From: an uncultured Chloroflexia bacterium
Lineage (GTDB): Bacteria; Chloroflexota; Limnocylindria; Limnocylindrales; CSP1-4
Direction: 5' to 3'
Length of the DNA: 64,000 nucleotides
Assembly: GCA_963766735.1 (NCBI GenBank)
Contig: CAVYBU010000002.1
Span: 128,001-192,000, forward strand
The position numbers and the translations under genes were made by a program. Position 1 is the first letter of the stretch. Every line of letters starts with the position of its first letter. The notes beneath the pieces are model-generated. The model was not told the origin of the DNA, did not search any database, and saw nothing but the letters and a program-made list of their open reading frames with translations. This document shows positions 47,131-56,314 of the stretch, one piece after another.

Positions 47131-48516
47131 ATGCCCGTTCCCGTCGTGGAGTTCAGTGACGAGCGTCTGCCCAACGGCCTGCGGCTCATCGTCGCGGAGG
47201 ACCACCTTGCGCCCGTCGTGGCCGTGAACCTCTGGTACAACGTCGGCTCCAAGCACGAGGTCGAGGGCAAGACCGGCTTCGCCCACCTGTTCGAGCACGT
47301 GATGTTCCAGGGATCGGCGAACGTCGGCAAGGCGGAGCACATGGCGCTCGTCCAGGCGGCCGGCGGGACCCTCAACGGCACGACCTGGCTGGATCGCACG
47401 AACTACTACGAGACGATGCCGTCGCACCAGCTGGAGCTGGCCCTGTGGCTCGAGGCGGACCGGATGGGCACGCTGCTCGAGGCGCTCAACCAGGAGAACC
47501 TGGACAACCAGCGCGACGTCGTCAAGAACGAGAAGCGCTGGAGCTACGACAACCGGCCCTACGGGTCCTGGAACGAGAAGCTGCTGGGCCACCTCTTCCC
47601 GCCGGAGCACCCCTACCACCACCCGACGATCGGATCCATGGCGGACCTGGACGCCGCCTCGCTGGAAGACGTGAAGCAGTTCTTCGCCACCTGGTACGCG
47701 CCCAACAATGCGGTCGTCTCGGTCGCGGGGGACTGTGATCGCGCACAGGTGCGCGCGTGGGCGGACCGCTACTTCGGCCCGATCCCCGCCAACCCCTCGA
47801 TCCCGCCCCTGCCCGACATGTCGCTCCCCGAGGTCATCGGGGAGGAGATCCGGGAGACGGTGGAGGATCGCGTCCCGCTTGCACGCGTGTACCTCGGCTT
47901 CCGAGCCCCGGTGTTCGGGGACCCGCGCCTCGATGCCCTGGACCTCGCCTCGCAGCTGCTGGCCGGAGGGAAGGGGAGCCGGCTGCACCGGCGCCTCGTT
48001 CGCGAGGAGCGCATCGCCCAGGACGTGGCCATCGTCACGCTCCCGTTCGTCGGCGGGGCGTCCGTCTGCGTCGGCTGGGCCACGGCCAGGCCGGGCGTGG
48101 ACATTGCCACCGTTGAGGCCGTGTATCTCGAGGAGCTGGAGAAGCTCGCGGCCGAGCCGCCCACGGACGACGAGATGGCCCGCGCCAAGGCGCTCACCGA
48201 GGCCGACGAGCTGGGAGCTCTGGCGCGCGTGGAGGAGCGGGCGGACCGCCTGTCCACGTACGCGACGCTGTTCGACGACCCGGGGCTCATCAACACCATG
48301 CTGCCACGCTACCTCGCTGTCACGGCAGAACAGATCCGCGATGCCGCGCGTGCGGCCTTCCGCGCGGACAACCGGGTCGTCCTGACCTACATCCCGAAGC
48401 CTCCGGGCGAACAGGACGCGGATGAACCAGGCGATGCTGAGCCCGGCGAGGCCGAGCCCGGCGAGAGCGGGGCAACCGGGGCCGCCGCCGGCACCGGCGA
48501 CGAGGAGGCGGCGTGA
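47131..48516 (+). CDS. M16 family zinc peptidase, catalytic subunit
   Basis: GFAHLFEHVMF (HxxEH), RTNYYE and WYAPNNA motifs. Confidence 0.94.
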   Translation: MPVPVVEFSDERLPNGLRLIVAEDHLAPVVAVNLWYNVGSKHEVEGKTGFAHLFEHVMFQGSANVGKAEHMALVQAAGGTLNGTTWLDRTNYYETMPSHQLELALWLEADRMGTLLEALNQENLDNQRDVVKNEKRWSYDNRPYGSWNEKLLGHLFPPEHPYHHPTIGSMADLDAASLEDVKQFFATWYAPNNAVVSVAGDCDRAQVRAWADRYFGPIPANPSIPPLPDMSLPEVIGEEIRETVEDRVPLARVYLGFRAPVFGDPRLDALDLASQLLAGGKGSRLHRRLVREERIAQDVAIVTLPFVGGASVCVGWATARPGVDIATVEAVYLEELEKLAAEPPTDDEMARAKALTEADELGALARVEERADRLSTYATLFDDPGLINTMLPRYLAVTAEQIRDAARAAFRADNRVVLTYIPKPPGEQDADEPGDAEPGEAEPGESGATGAAAGTGDEEAA

Positions 48517-49925
48517 GCGCGCGCGACGGCATGATCACCCAGCGCCCGGTCCCGGGAGAGCCCAGGCCGTACGAGTTCCCGGCCACGATCCGCACGACCC
48601 TCTCCAACGGGCTTCGCGTCATGGTCACGCCCATGCCCGGGCGTGCCCTGATCGCCACCTCCATGGCCCTGCGCACAGGCGCCGTCGACGAGCCCACGGC
48701 GATCGGCGGGGCGACGGTCCTGGCCGCCCGGGCGCTCACCGAGGGCACCGAGGTCCGCGACGCCATCGCCCTGACCGAGGCCACCGAGCGCCTGGGCGCG
48801 TCGATCCACGCGGAGGCGGGCTGGGATGCCACCTCCGTCGGACTCGACGTCCCGGTGACCCGCCTGGAGCCCGCGATGGAGCTGCTGGCCGAGGTCGTCC
48901 GACGGCCGGCGTTCCCGGCCTCCGAGGTCGAGCGCCTGCGCGACGAGCGCCTCACGGACCTCCTGCAGGTGAAGGCGGACCCGCGCCGCCGCGCCGACGA
49001 GGCCTACGTGTCCTCCATCTACGCACCGTCCAGTCCGTATCACCGCCCGGCCGGCGGCACCGCGGACACCGTGACCGCGCTCACGGCGGGGGACCTGCGG
49101 GGCATCCATGCCGCCGCGTTCGTCCCGGAGCGGGCTGTCCTCGTGGTGGCCGGGGACGTGGCTCCCGACGAGGTCCTGCGCGTCGTCGAGGCGAGGTTCG
49201 GCGACTGGAATCCGTCCGGATCCGGCGCGTCGTCCGCCATCGACGACGGGAGCGCCATCGCGGAGCAGTTCATCCGCGTGATCCACCGCCCCGGCGCCGT
49301 GCAGACCGAGGTCCGCATCGGCCACCCGGGCCTGCCGCGCAGCCACCCGGATTTCCACGCCGTATCCGTCATGAGCGCCATCCTGGGGGGGCTGTTCAAC
49401 TCCCGGCTCAACATGAAGCTTCGCGAGGAGAAGGGCTATACGTATGGCGCCAGCGCCAGTTTCGACCTGCGCCGTGCCCGCGGCCCGTTCACTGCCCGCG
49501 CTGCCGTCAACACCGATGCCACCGTCCCGGCGCTGCAGGAGTTCCTGGTGGAGCTGGACCGGATCCGCGAGGAGCCGGTGACCGACGCCGAGATCAGCGC
49601 CGCGCGGGACTATCTCGTGGGCGTGTTCCCGCTCCGGTTCGAGACTCCCGGCCCGGTTGCAGGGTCGCTGGCCGGCCTGTTCGTCCACGATCTCCCGGAC
49701 GACGAGCTCACCCGGTACCGCGCGGCCATCGAGGCCGTCACCGCCGACGATTGCCTGCGCGTTGCCCGGGCGAACATCCATCCGGATCGCGCGGCGATCG
49801 TCCTCGTGGGCGACCACGACGCATTCGGCGAGGCGCTGGCCGCCGCGGGGATCGCCCCCGTCGAGGTCCAGGTGGATCCGGACCCGGCCGCCGCCGCACC
49901 GGGAGGCGCCGGCCACGACGCCTGA
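48513..49925 (+). CDS. M16 family peptidase, non-catalytic partner subunit
   Basis: No HxxEH; has the SRLNMKLREEKGYTY R/Y motif. GTGA overlap with the catalytic subunit gene. Confidence 0.92.
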   Translation: MSARDGMITQRPVPGEPRPYEFPATIRTTLSNGLRVMVTPMPGRALIATSMALRTGAVDEPTAIGGATVLAARALTEGTEVRDAIALTEATERLGASIHAEAGWDATSVGLDVPVTRLEPAMELLAEVVRRPAFPASEVERLRDERLTDLLQVKADPRRRADEAYVSSIYAPSSPYHRPAGGTADTVTALTAGDLRGIHAAAFVPERAVLVVAGDVAPDEVLRVVEARFGDWNPSGSGASSAIDDGSAIAEQFIRVIHRPGAVQTEVRIGHPGLPRSHPDFHAVSVMSAILGGLFNSRLNMKLREEKGYTYGASASFDLRRARGPFTARAAVNTDATVPALQEFLVELDRIREEPVTDAEISAARDYLVGVFPLRFETPGPVAGSLAGLFVHDLPDDELTRYRAAIEAVTADDCLRVARANIHPDRAAIVLVGDHDAFGEALAAAGIAPVEVQVDPDPAAAAPGGAGHDA

Positions 49926-51249
49926 GGCCCCCAGGGCCCCCGCGACGCCTGAGGCTTCCGCGACCCCCACGACCGCGGCGGATAGGCTGGGAACCCGGCT
50001 CACCCGTCACCTCCCCGCACTCGCGTCGCCGGTGTTCCGGCGGTTCCTCGCGGGCGCGATGATCGGCTCGGTCGGGTCCTGGATGCAGGCCACCGCCCAG
50101 GGCTGGCTCGTCCTCGAGCTCACGAACTCGCCGGCCGCGATGGGCCTGGTCTCGGCCCTCCAGTCCCTTCCGATCCTCGTGCTGTCGGCGTTCGCCGGCG
50201 TCATCGCTGATCGCGTTGACCGGCGCCTGCTGCTGACGCGGATGCAGCTCGTCGCGGCCGGCGTTGCGCTGACGCTGGCAGTGCTGACCACGACCGGGAG
50301 GGTCGAGTTCTGGCACGTTGCCGTGCTGGCTCTCCTGTCGGGAACCGTGGTCTCCATCCAGACGCCCGCGTACCAGGCCATCGTCGCCAGCCTCGTGGAC
50401 AGGTCCGCCATCGGCAGCGCCGTCGCCCTCAACTCCGCCCAGTTCAACCTCTCACGCATCATCGGCCCGGCCATCGCCGGAGTCGCGATCGCCGCGGGCG
50501 GCCTCGGACTCGCGTTCTGGGGGAATGCGTTCGCCCTCCTGCTCGTCGTCGTCATCCTCGCCACGCTCAAGCTTGCTCCGCACACCGCCCTGGATCGCGG
50601 CGACGCATCCGTGTGGGCGAACCTGATGGATGGCGTCCGGTACGTCCGATCACGACGCGTCATCGCGGCGCTCGTTCTGCTCGCCGGGGTGCCGGCGCTG
50701 TTCCTCCTGAACTACCTCGTCCTGCTCCCGCTGTTCGCGCGCGATGTCCTGCAGATCGGGGCGGCCGGCCTGGGCCTGCTGTCAGGTGGCATCGGCGTCG
50801 GAGCGCTGGCTGGTGCGCTGGTGCTCGCCGTGCTCCGTCCCTCCGGCGGCAGCGGCCGGATGCTGCTCGGTGCGCTGGTGGTCGGGTCGGCCGCGGAGGT
50901 TGTCTTCGCTGCCTCGCGGATCGTGCCGCTGTCGGTGGTGGCGCTCGCCGTCCTGGGAGCCTGCCAGGTTCTCTACTACGCGACGACCAACACGCTGCTC
51001 CAGGTCCTGGTCCCGGCACGCCTCCGGGGGCGCGTCATGAGCCTGTACATCCTCACGTCCTGGGGCCTGATCCCGTTGGGGACCCTGCTCGCCGGTGTCG
51101 TGGCCGAGCGGACGTCTCCGACCCTCGCGCTCATGGCGGGTGGCCTGATCACGATGGCGGCCGTGCTCACGGTGGCACTGGCAGTGCCCGAGCTGCGCCG
51201 CATCGGTGCCGGCGCCAGCGCCGGCCAGGAACCGTCCGCCGCCGGGTAG
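49915..51249 (+). CDS. MFS transporter (DUF894/EntS-like); start codon uncertain
   Basis: GSWMQATAQGWLV, GVIADRVDRR, NLSRIIGP and LRGRVMSL motifs, about 12 TM helices. The SD GGGAGG precedes ACG 49915. Confidence 0.88.
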   Translation, partial: TTPEAPRAPATPEASATPTTAADRLGTRLTRHLPALASPVFRRFLAGAMIGSVGSWMQATAQGWLVLELTNSPAAMGLVSALQSLPILVLSAFAGVIADRVDRRLLLTRMQLVAAGVALTLAVLTTTGRVEFWHVAVLALLSGTVVSIQTPAYQAIVASLVDRSAIGSAVALNSAQFNLSRIIGPAIAGVAIAAGGLGLAFWGNAFALLLVVVILATLKLAPHTALDRGDASVWANLMDGVRYVRSRRVIAALVLLAGVPALFLLNYLVLLPLFARDVLQIGAAGLGLLSGGIGVGALAGALVLAVLRPSGGSGRMLLGALVVGSAAEVVFAASRIVPLSVVALAVLGACQVLYYATTNTLLQVLVPARLRGRVMSLYILTSWGLIPLGTLLAGVVAERTSPTLALMAGGLITMAAVLTVALAVPELRRIGAGASAGQEPSAAG

Positions 51250-51412
51250 CCGGAGGCAAGCACGGACCGCACCAACGGGAGCGTGCACCTCGTGCTCTGG
51301 GGGAATGGAACTATCGTTCATCGGACGCGAAACCTTTGGCGGGGCAACTGACTCAGGCAGGGTGAGGACGGCTCCAGCGAGGGGGGCCGTACCACCAGAC
51401 GGAGTTGCCCAC

Positions 51413-52000
51413 ATGCAGTTCAACAACCGGGTCATGCGCTCGATCGGGACGTCGCTTGTGGCGGTCTTCCTGGTCGGTGGCGCGGTCCTTGCCACCAGTA
51501 GCTTCGTCGGCGGCGGCGCCCGCATCGACGACGGCGTCCCGGCGGCCGACCAGGCCACCGATTCACCCAACGAAACGGCCGAGCCGAGCACGGAGCCGAC
51601 GTTCGAGGCCGAGGAGAGCCCTGAGCTCGAGAGCGAGTCCCCGAGCGCGTCACCCGAGGCGGAGACCGAGTCCCCGAGCGCCTCGCCCGAGGCGAGCGAC
51701 GACCACGATGGCGACCGCGCCGATGATGAGGACGACAGCGACCACGCCTCGCCCGAGGCGAGCGACGACCACGATGGCGACCGCGCCGATGATGAGGACG
51801 ACAGCGACCACGCCTCGCCCGAGGCGAGCGACGACCACGATGGCGACCGCGCCCACGATGACGGCGACGACAGCGACCACGAGACGGCCGAGCCGAGCCA
51901 CGACAGCGGCGACCACGACAGCGGCGACCATGACGACGACCACGACGACGACCACGACGGCAGCCACGACGGTGGCGATCATGATGGGAGCGACGACTAG
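51413..52000 (+). CDS. Secreted or anchored acidic protein with His/Asp-rich tandem repeats
   Basis: GGAG SD, an N-terminal hydrophobic segment, an E/S/P linker, then (ASPEASDDHDGDRADDEDDSDH)x3 and a DHDD tail. Confidence 0.8.
   Translation: MQFNNRVMRSIGTSLVAVFLVGGAVLATSSFVGGGARIDDGVPAADQATDSPNETAEPSTEPTFEAEESPELESESPSASPEAETESPSASPEASDDHDGDRADDEDDSDHASPEASDDHDGDRADDEDDSDHASPEASDDHDGDRAHDDGDDSDHETAEPSHDSGDHDSGDHDDDHDDDHDGSHDGGDHDGSDD
51680..51880 (+). repeat. 66-bp in-frame tandem repeat, 2 perfect copies plus 1 variant
   Basis: GCCTCGCCCGAGGCGAGCGACGACCACGATGGCGACCGCGCC... starts at 51680, 51746 and 51812. Confidence 0.9.
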
Positions 52001-52065
52001 CCCCGGCCATTCCGACCAGAGGCCACGTGACCTCCGTCCTGCGATGGGAGCCATCCGGACCCGCG

Positions 52066-52764
52066 ATGCTATCGTCGGGCACCGCGCCGGCCCCCTCGGG
52101 GTCATCCGCGCGGATCGCCCCGGCACATCGAAGCTCGGAGGAGGCCTCAACGGACAGGACCGGGACCGTCGTCACGAAAGCTGGGACCACGACCGATGAC
52201 CGTGCGATCGTTGATGCCGTGCTCGCCGGTGACCGCGATGCCTTCCGCGGACTCGTCGATCGCGAGGGTCCCGCGATCATCTCGGCTTGCGCCCGCGTAC
52301 TCGGCGACCGTTCGGAGGCCGAGGACGTGGCTCAGGAGGCATTCGTGATCGCCTACCGGTCGCTGTCCTCCTGGCGTGCCGACGGCGCGTTCGGCGCATG
52401 GCTGTCGCGGATCGCAATCCGCCTCGCCATCCGCCGCGCCGGCCAGCGCAAGCAGCTCACCTGGCTGGACCCGCTGGCGGCCGAAGCCGACCAGCCCGGC
52501 CGGGAGCGGTTCCGCACCATGGGGACACAGGACGCGGTCGATCCAGGGCATTCCCTGGTCCGATCGGAGCGCGACGCGCAGGTCCGGGCGGCCGTCGCCT
52601 CGCTGGACGAGCCCTACCGGGAGGTCGTGGCCCTCCGGTTCTTCGCCGAACGATCGCTGGCCGAGATCGCCGAGGCGACGGACCGCCCCCTGGGGACGGT
52701 CAAGACACACCTGCATCGCGGCTTGGCGCGCCTGAAGCGCGCACTCGAGGAGGCGGATCGATGA
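52066..52764 (+). CDS. ECF RNA polymerase sigma-70 factor; start uncertain (ATG 52066 or ACG 52150)
   Basis: EAEDVAQEAF, FGAWLSRIA and SLAEIAEATDRPLGTVKTHLHRGL motifs. Confidence 0.9.
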   Translation: MLSSGTAPAPSGSSARIAPAHRSSEEASTDRTGTVVTKAGTTTDDRAIVDAVLAGDRDAFRGLVDREGPAIISACARVLGDRSEAEDVAQEAFVIAYRSLSSWRADGAFGAWLSRIAIRLAIRRAGQRKQLTWLDPLAAEADQPGRERFRTMGTQDAVDPGHSLVRSERDAQVRAAVASLDEPYREVVALRFFAERSLAEIAEATDRPLGTVKTHLHRGLARLKRALEEADR

Positions 52765-53537
52765 CGGAGAACCGGCCCGGCACGCAGCCGCGGCCGTTCG
52801 GAGCCGACGAGCTGGACGGCGTGTCCGGCCTGGGGCCCGACGAGCTGGCTGCGGAGACGCGCCTGGCTCGCGAGCTCGAGGGCACCGCCGCCCGCGTCAG
52901 CGTCCGTCCGTCCCCGGACTTCACCGAGCGCGTGATGGCTGTCGTGGCGCAGGAGCCCGCGGCCGCCCCGGTGCTCGCCGCGCGCATGGCACTGCGCCGC
53001 GGCTCCGTCGGAGCGCTCCTCGCATCCATCCGCGATGCCTGGAGGGTCACGGTCAGCCCGGCCTTCCCGATGGCGATGCGGGCCCAGGCGATGGCGATGG
53101 TGCTCCTGGTCGCGGGCATCGCGGCCGGTACCGGCGTGGTCACAGCGGGTGCGCTCGGCGTGCTCGACGGTGACAGGCCGTCACCCGTGCTCGAAACGAC
53201 CGAGCCGTCCGTCCCGGTCACCGATGCGCCGACCGCAGAGCCGACCGCAGAGCCGACCGAGAGCCCGGCATCGACGGAGCCCAGCAGCTCGCCGGAACCG
53301 TCACCCTCGATCGAGGACGAGACCCCGGAGCCCAGCGGGTCGGAGGAGCCGGACAGGACGGAGTCGCCCACGAAGAAGCCCTCCGCCACGCGCACACCGT
53401 CTCCCACGAAGGCGCCCACGCCGACCCCGACCCCGACCCCGACCCCGACGGACGAGGACGATCACTCGCACGCCCCCGAGACACCACAGCCATCCCGTAC
53501 GCCCGATCACACCGAGACCCCCGGTTCGGGGGACTGA
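52761..53537 (+). CDS. Putative membrane anti-sigma factor with a Pro/Thr/Ser-rich external tail
   Basis: ATGA overlap with the sigma gene; PSPDFTERVMAVV helix, one TM segment, low-complexity tail. Confidence 0.75.
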   Translation: MTENRPGTQPRPFGADELDGVSGLGPDELAAETRLARELEGTAARVSVRPSPDFTERVMAVVAQEPAAAPVLAARMALRRGSVGALLASIRDAWRVTVSPAFPMAMRAQAMAMVLLVAGIAAGTGVVTAGALGVLDGDRPSPVLETTEPSVPVTDAPTAEPTAEPTESPASTEPSSSPEPSPSIEDETPEPSGSEEPDRTESPTKKPSATRTPSPTKAPTPTPTPTPTPTDEDDHSHAPETPQPSRTPDHTETPGSGD

Positions 53538-53610
53538 ACGTCCACGCCATCAACGGACCCTGTCGCCGGCTGACCTGTCGCCGGCGGAGCCCACGGCGTA
53601 CGCTGGAGGC

Positions 53611-54267
53611 ATGATCGTCGTCGTCGGCCTGCCGGCCGTGAGTCCTGGCCCGCCGCCGCTTCCCGCGGGTCGAGCGGCCGCCATCGCCCTGGTCGCCGTG
53701 AAGGCTGGTGCTCGCGTGGAGCTCATGGGTCGCATCGGAGACGATCCCGACGGCGACGCGCTTCTCCTGGCGCTGGCGCGCGCGGGTATCGGCCACGTCG
53801 CGGTGCTTCGCGATGCCGCGCGGCCGACCATCCGCCTGCGACCTTCCGCCGCTGCCGAGGATGATGACCAGCGTCCCGAGGCGGCGCTCCTTGGCGCGCA
53901 GGACCCGGCGCTCGAGGCAGACGGCGAGGGCCCGCGTCTGGACCCCGCCGACGTTGCCCTCGGCCTCCGATACCTCACCGAGTTCGACGTGCTGGTGGTT
54001 GCCGACGATGCCCCCGACGCCGTGATCCCGGCCTGCGTCGACGCGGCCGGGTTCGCCGGCGCGCGCCTCGTGGTTGCGGTCCGGTCGGCAGGCGCGGTGC
54101 CGGATGGGCTCCCGGACGACGCGACGGTCCTGATCGCCCCCGAGGAGGACGGCGAGGCGTTTCCGCGACTCCTCGGCCGATACGCTGCAGCCCTCGACTC
54201 GGGCTCCGAGCCCGAAGCGGCGTTCGCCGTCGTGGCCGGCGACGGCTGGGAGCGACCCGGCGCCTGA
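53611..54267 (+). CDS. Degenerate PfkB/ribokinase-like protein
   Basis: AGRAAAIAL...LMGRIGDDPDGDALL..L...GI matches PfkB signature 1. The C-terminal DxxGAGD motif is missing. Confidence 0.7.
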   Translation: MIVVVGLPAVSPGPPPLPAGRAAAIALVAVKAGARVELMGRIGDDPDGDALLLALARAGIGHVAVLRDAARPTIRLRPSAAAEDDDQRPEAALLGAQDPALEADGEGPRLDPADVALGLRYLTEFDVLVVADDAPDAVIPACVDAAGFAGARLVVAVRSAGAVPDGLPDDATVLIAPEEDGEAFPRLLGRYAAALDSGSEPEAAFAVVAGDGWERPGA

Positions 54268-54283
54268 CGGTTCCCGGGACCGG

Positions 54284-54994
54284 TCAGCGGACGGGCGGTT
54301 CCTCGGACTCCGGCGTAACCGCGCCGGGCGCGGCCTGAACCAGCTCCGGCCCGTCGTTGCGGACGTTGTTGACCAGCAGAGAAACCTCGCGGGCGCCCAG
54401 CGCCACGTCCTCGCGCGGCTCGAGGAGCGCGCGCAGCTCACCGGGATCGGCCGGGGCAGGGTCCAGCCAGCGTGCCCACGCGTCGGGCGGGATCACCACC
54501 GGCATCCGGTTGTGGATCGTCGTCATGAAGTCGTTGGGTCGCGTGGTGATGATCGTGAAGGTACGTCGCCAGTCGCCGGTCTCCGGGTCCTGGCGTCCAG
54601 TCCAGAGCCCGGCCAGCGCCAGCGGGAGGCCGGCTGGGTCGTGGATCCAGAGCGGTTGCCTCGACTTCCCGTCACGCCGCCACTCGTAGAAGCCGTCCAC
54701 GGGGACCAGGCAACGCCGCCGCCGGAAGGGGTCCCGGAAGAGCGGGCTTGTGGCGAGGGTCTCCGCCCGGGCGTTGAACGCCTTCGAGCCCGCCCTGGGG
54801 TCCGTCGCCCAGGAAGGAACCAGGCCCCACCGGTAGCGAACGACGGCGCGGCGGTCCTCCCGCTGCACGACGACCGCGGCCTCGCTCGTGGGAGCCACGT
54901 TGAAGTGGCCACCGGGATCACTCGCGAGGTCATCGGCCTCGAAGATGCTCGCGATCTCGGAGGTTGGACGCTGCTGCGTGAACCGTCCGCACAT
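54284..54994 (-). CDS. SOS response-associated peptidase (SRAP/YedK/HMCES abasic-site protein)
   Basis: MCGRF N-terminus; FNVAPT, WGLVP, FNARAE, DGFYEW and IHNRMP motifs. Confidence 0.95.
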   Translation of the reverse strand: MCGRFTQQRPTSEIASIFEADDLASDPGGHFNVAPTSEAAVVVQREDRRAVVRYRWGLVPSWATDPRAGSKAFNARAETLATSPLFRDPFRRRRCLVPVDGFYEWRRDGKSRQPLWIHDPAGLPLALAGLWTGRQDPETGDWRRTFTIITTRPNDFMTTIHNRMPVVIPPDAWARWLDPAPADPGELRALLEPREDVALGAREVSLLVNNVRNDGPELVQAAPGAVTPESEEPPVR

Positions 54995-55058
54995 GTCCCG
55001 GAGTCTACCGGGGCCCGGCGCAGCGCCTCGTAGGCCCGCCTCAGGTAAAGTCGCGACC

Positions 55059-56273
55059 GTGACCGACCCCACGCCGCTCGAACTCAGCTCAGTGCTTGCC
55101 CACGACGGCCCTCTGCCGCGTCCCGTGGCCCTCGCGGCCCTGGACCGGGCGGCGGAGCTGATGGCGACCGCGGACTTCGCCGATGCTGGCCGTCTCTACC
55201 AGCGCGTGATCGGCTTCGACGATCCGGCCGTGACGGCGGCCGCGATGCTCGGCCTGGGCGAAGCCCTCTACCGCCTCGACGACGACGCCCAGGCGCTGGC
55301 GACCTGGGAGGAGGCCACGCGGCTGCCGGAGACGCCGTCCACGTACGCCGCCTGGCGCAACGTGGCCGCGGCCCGGGTCCGCGCCGGCGACCTGCGCGGA
55401 GCCACCGCCGCGTACCGGGAGGCGGACCGGCGTGCGCCCGACGCCGACAAGGCCGAGATCGCCTCGCGCCTCGGGTGGCTGTCGAAGGAGCTGGGCGACA
55501 AGGGGGCGGCTGGCCGGTACTTCGCGAAGGCCCGGGGCGATGCAGGGCTCTCGTTCGCGGTGATCGTGGTGGCCGTCACGGCGATCGTGTCCCTGGTGGC
55601 GAACTTCGCTGGTCCGGACGGGGATGCCCTCAAGGCGCTGCTGATGCTGGACAAGCCCGCCGTCGCTGCCGGCGAGATCTGGCGCCTGTGGACCGTGGCG
55701 CTGGTCCACGCGAGCCTCCAGCAGATGCCGCTCCACCTCCTGTTCAACCTGTACGCGCTCTGGCTGGCGGGCCCGTTCGTGGAGCGGCTCTACGGGCGGA
55801 CCGTCTTCCTGGCCGTGTACCTGCTGTTCGCCCTCTCCGGATCGCTCGGGACGTTCGCGTTCGGCGGCGCGCCGCTCGGCGTCGGCGCCTCGGGGGCAAT
55901 CTTCGGCCTGTTCGGCCTGCTCTTTGCGTCGCAGTTCGTGCACAGGCCCCTGCTCGACCGGCAGTCCCGGGGCTTCCTGGGCCAGTTGGGCGGCCTGATC
56001 GCCATCAACCTCCTGTTCGGGCTCCTCGTCCCCGGGATCGACAACTGGGCCCACATCGGTGGGCTTGTCGCCGGCCTGTGGATCGGGCTGCTGTTCCCAC
56101 CGAGCCGCATGCCCACGCTGCGTTCCATGTGGATGCGGACGGGATCGGTGCCCGGGACGGTGGTCCCGGTATTCGGGGCGAGCGGGACACGGGCAATCCG
56201 GGTCGGTGGCCTGGTTGCGCTCGCGGTGTTCCTGGGGCTGCTCTGGACCCTCGGGATGGCCGTCTGGGGCTGA
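55059..56273 (+). CDS. Rhomboid intramembrane protease with N-terminal TPR repeats
   Basis: TPR-like helices, then WRLWT, HLLFN, VGASGAIFG and WAHIGG motifs. Confidence 0.9.
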   Translation: MTDPTPLELSSVLAHDGPLPRPVALAALDRAAELMATADFADAGRLYQRVIGFDDPAVTAAAMLGLGEALYRLDDDAQALATWEEATRLPETPSTYAAWRNVAAARVRAGDLRGATAAYREADRRAPDADKAEIASRLGWLSKELGDKGAAGRYFAKARGDAGLSFAVIVVAVTAIVSLVANFAGPDGDALKALLMLDKPAVAAGEIWRLWTVALVHASLQQMPLHLLFNLYALWLAGPFVERLYGRTVFLAVYLLFALSGSLGTFAFGGAPLGVGASGAIFGLFGLLFASQFVHRPLLDRQSRGFLGQLGGLIAINLLFGLLVPGIDNWAHIGGLVAGLWIGLLFPPSRMPTLRSMWMRTGSVPGTVVPVFGASGTRAIRVGGLVALAVFLGLLWTLGMAVWG

Positions 56274-56314
56274 GCGCAGGAACCCCAGGACAGGTCCGGA
56301 GGTAGGATCGGGCG

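Noticed and set aside
51680-51880. 66-bp periodic repeat as a possible CRISPR array
   Set aside because: Whole units are identical and in frame within a coding sequence, with no unique spacers.
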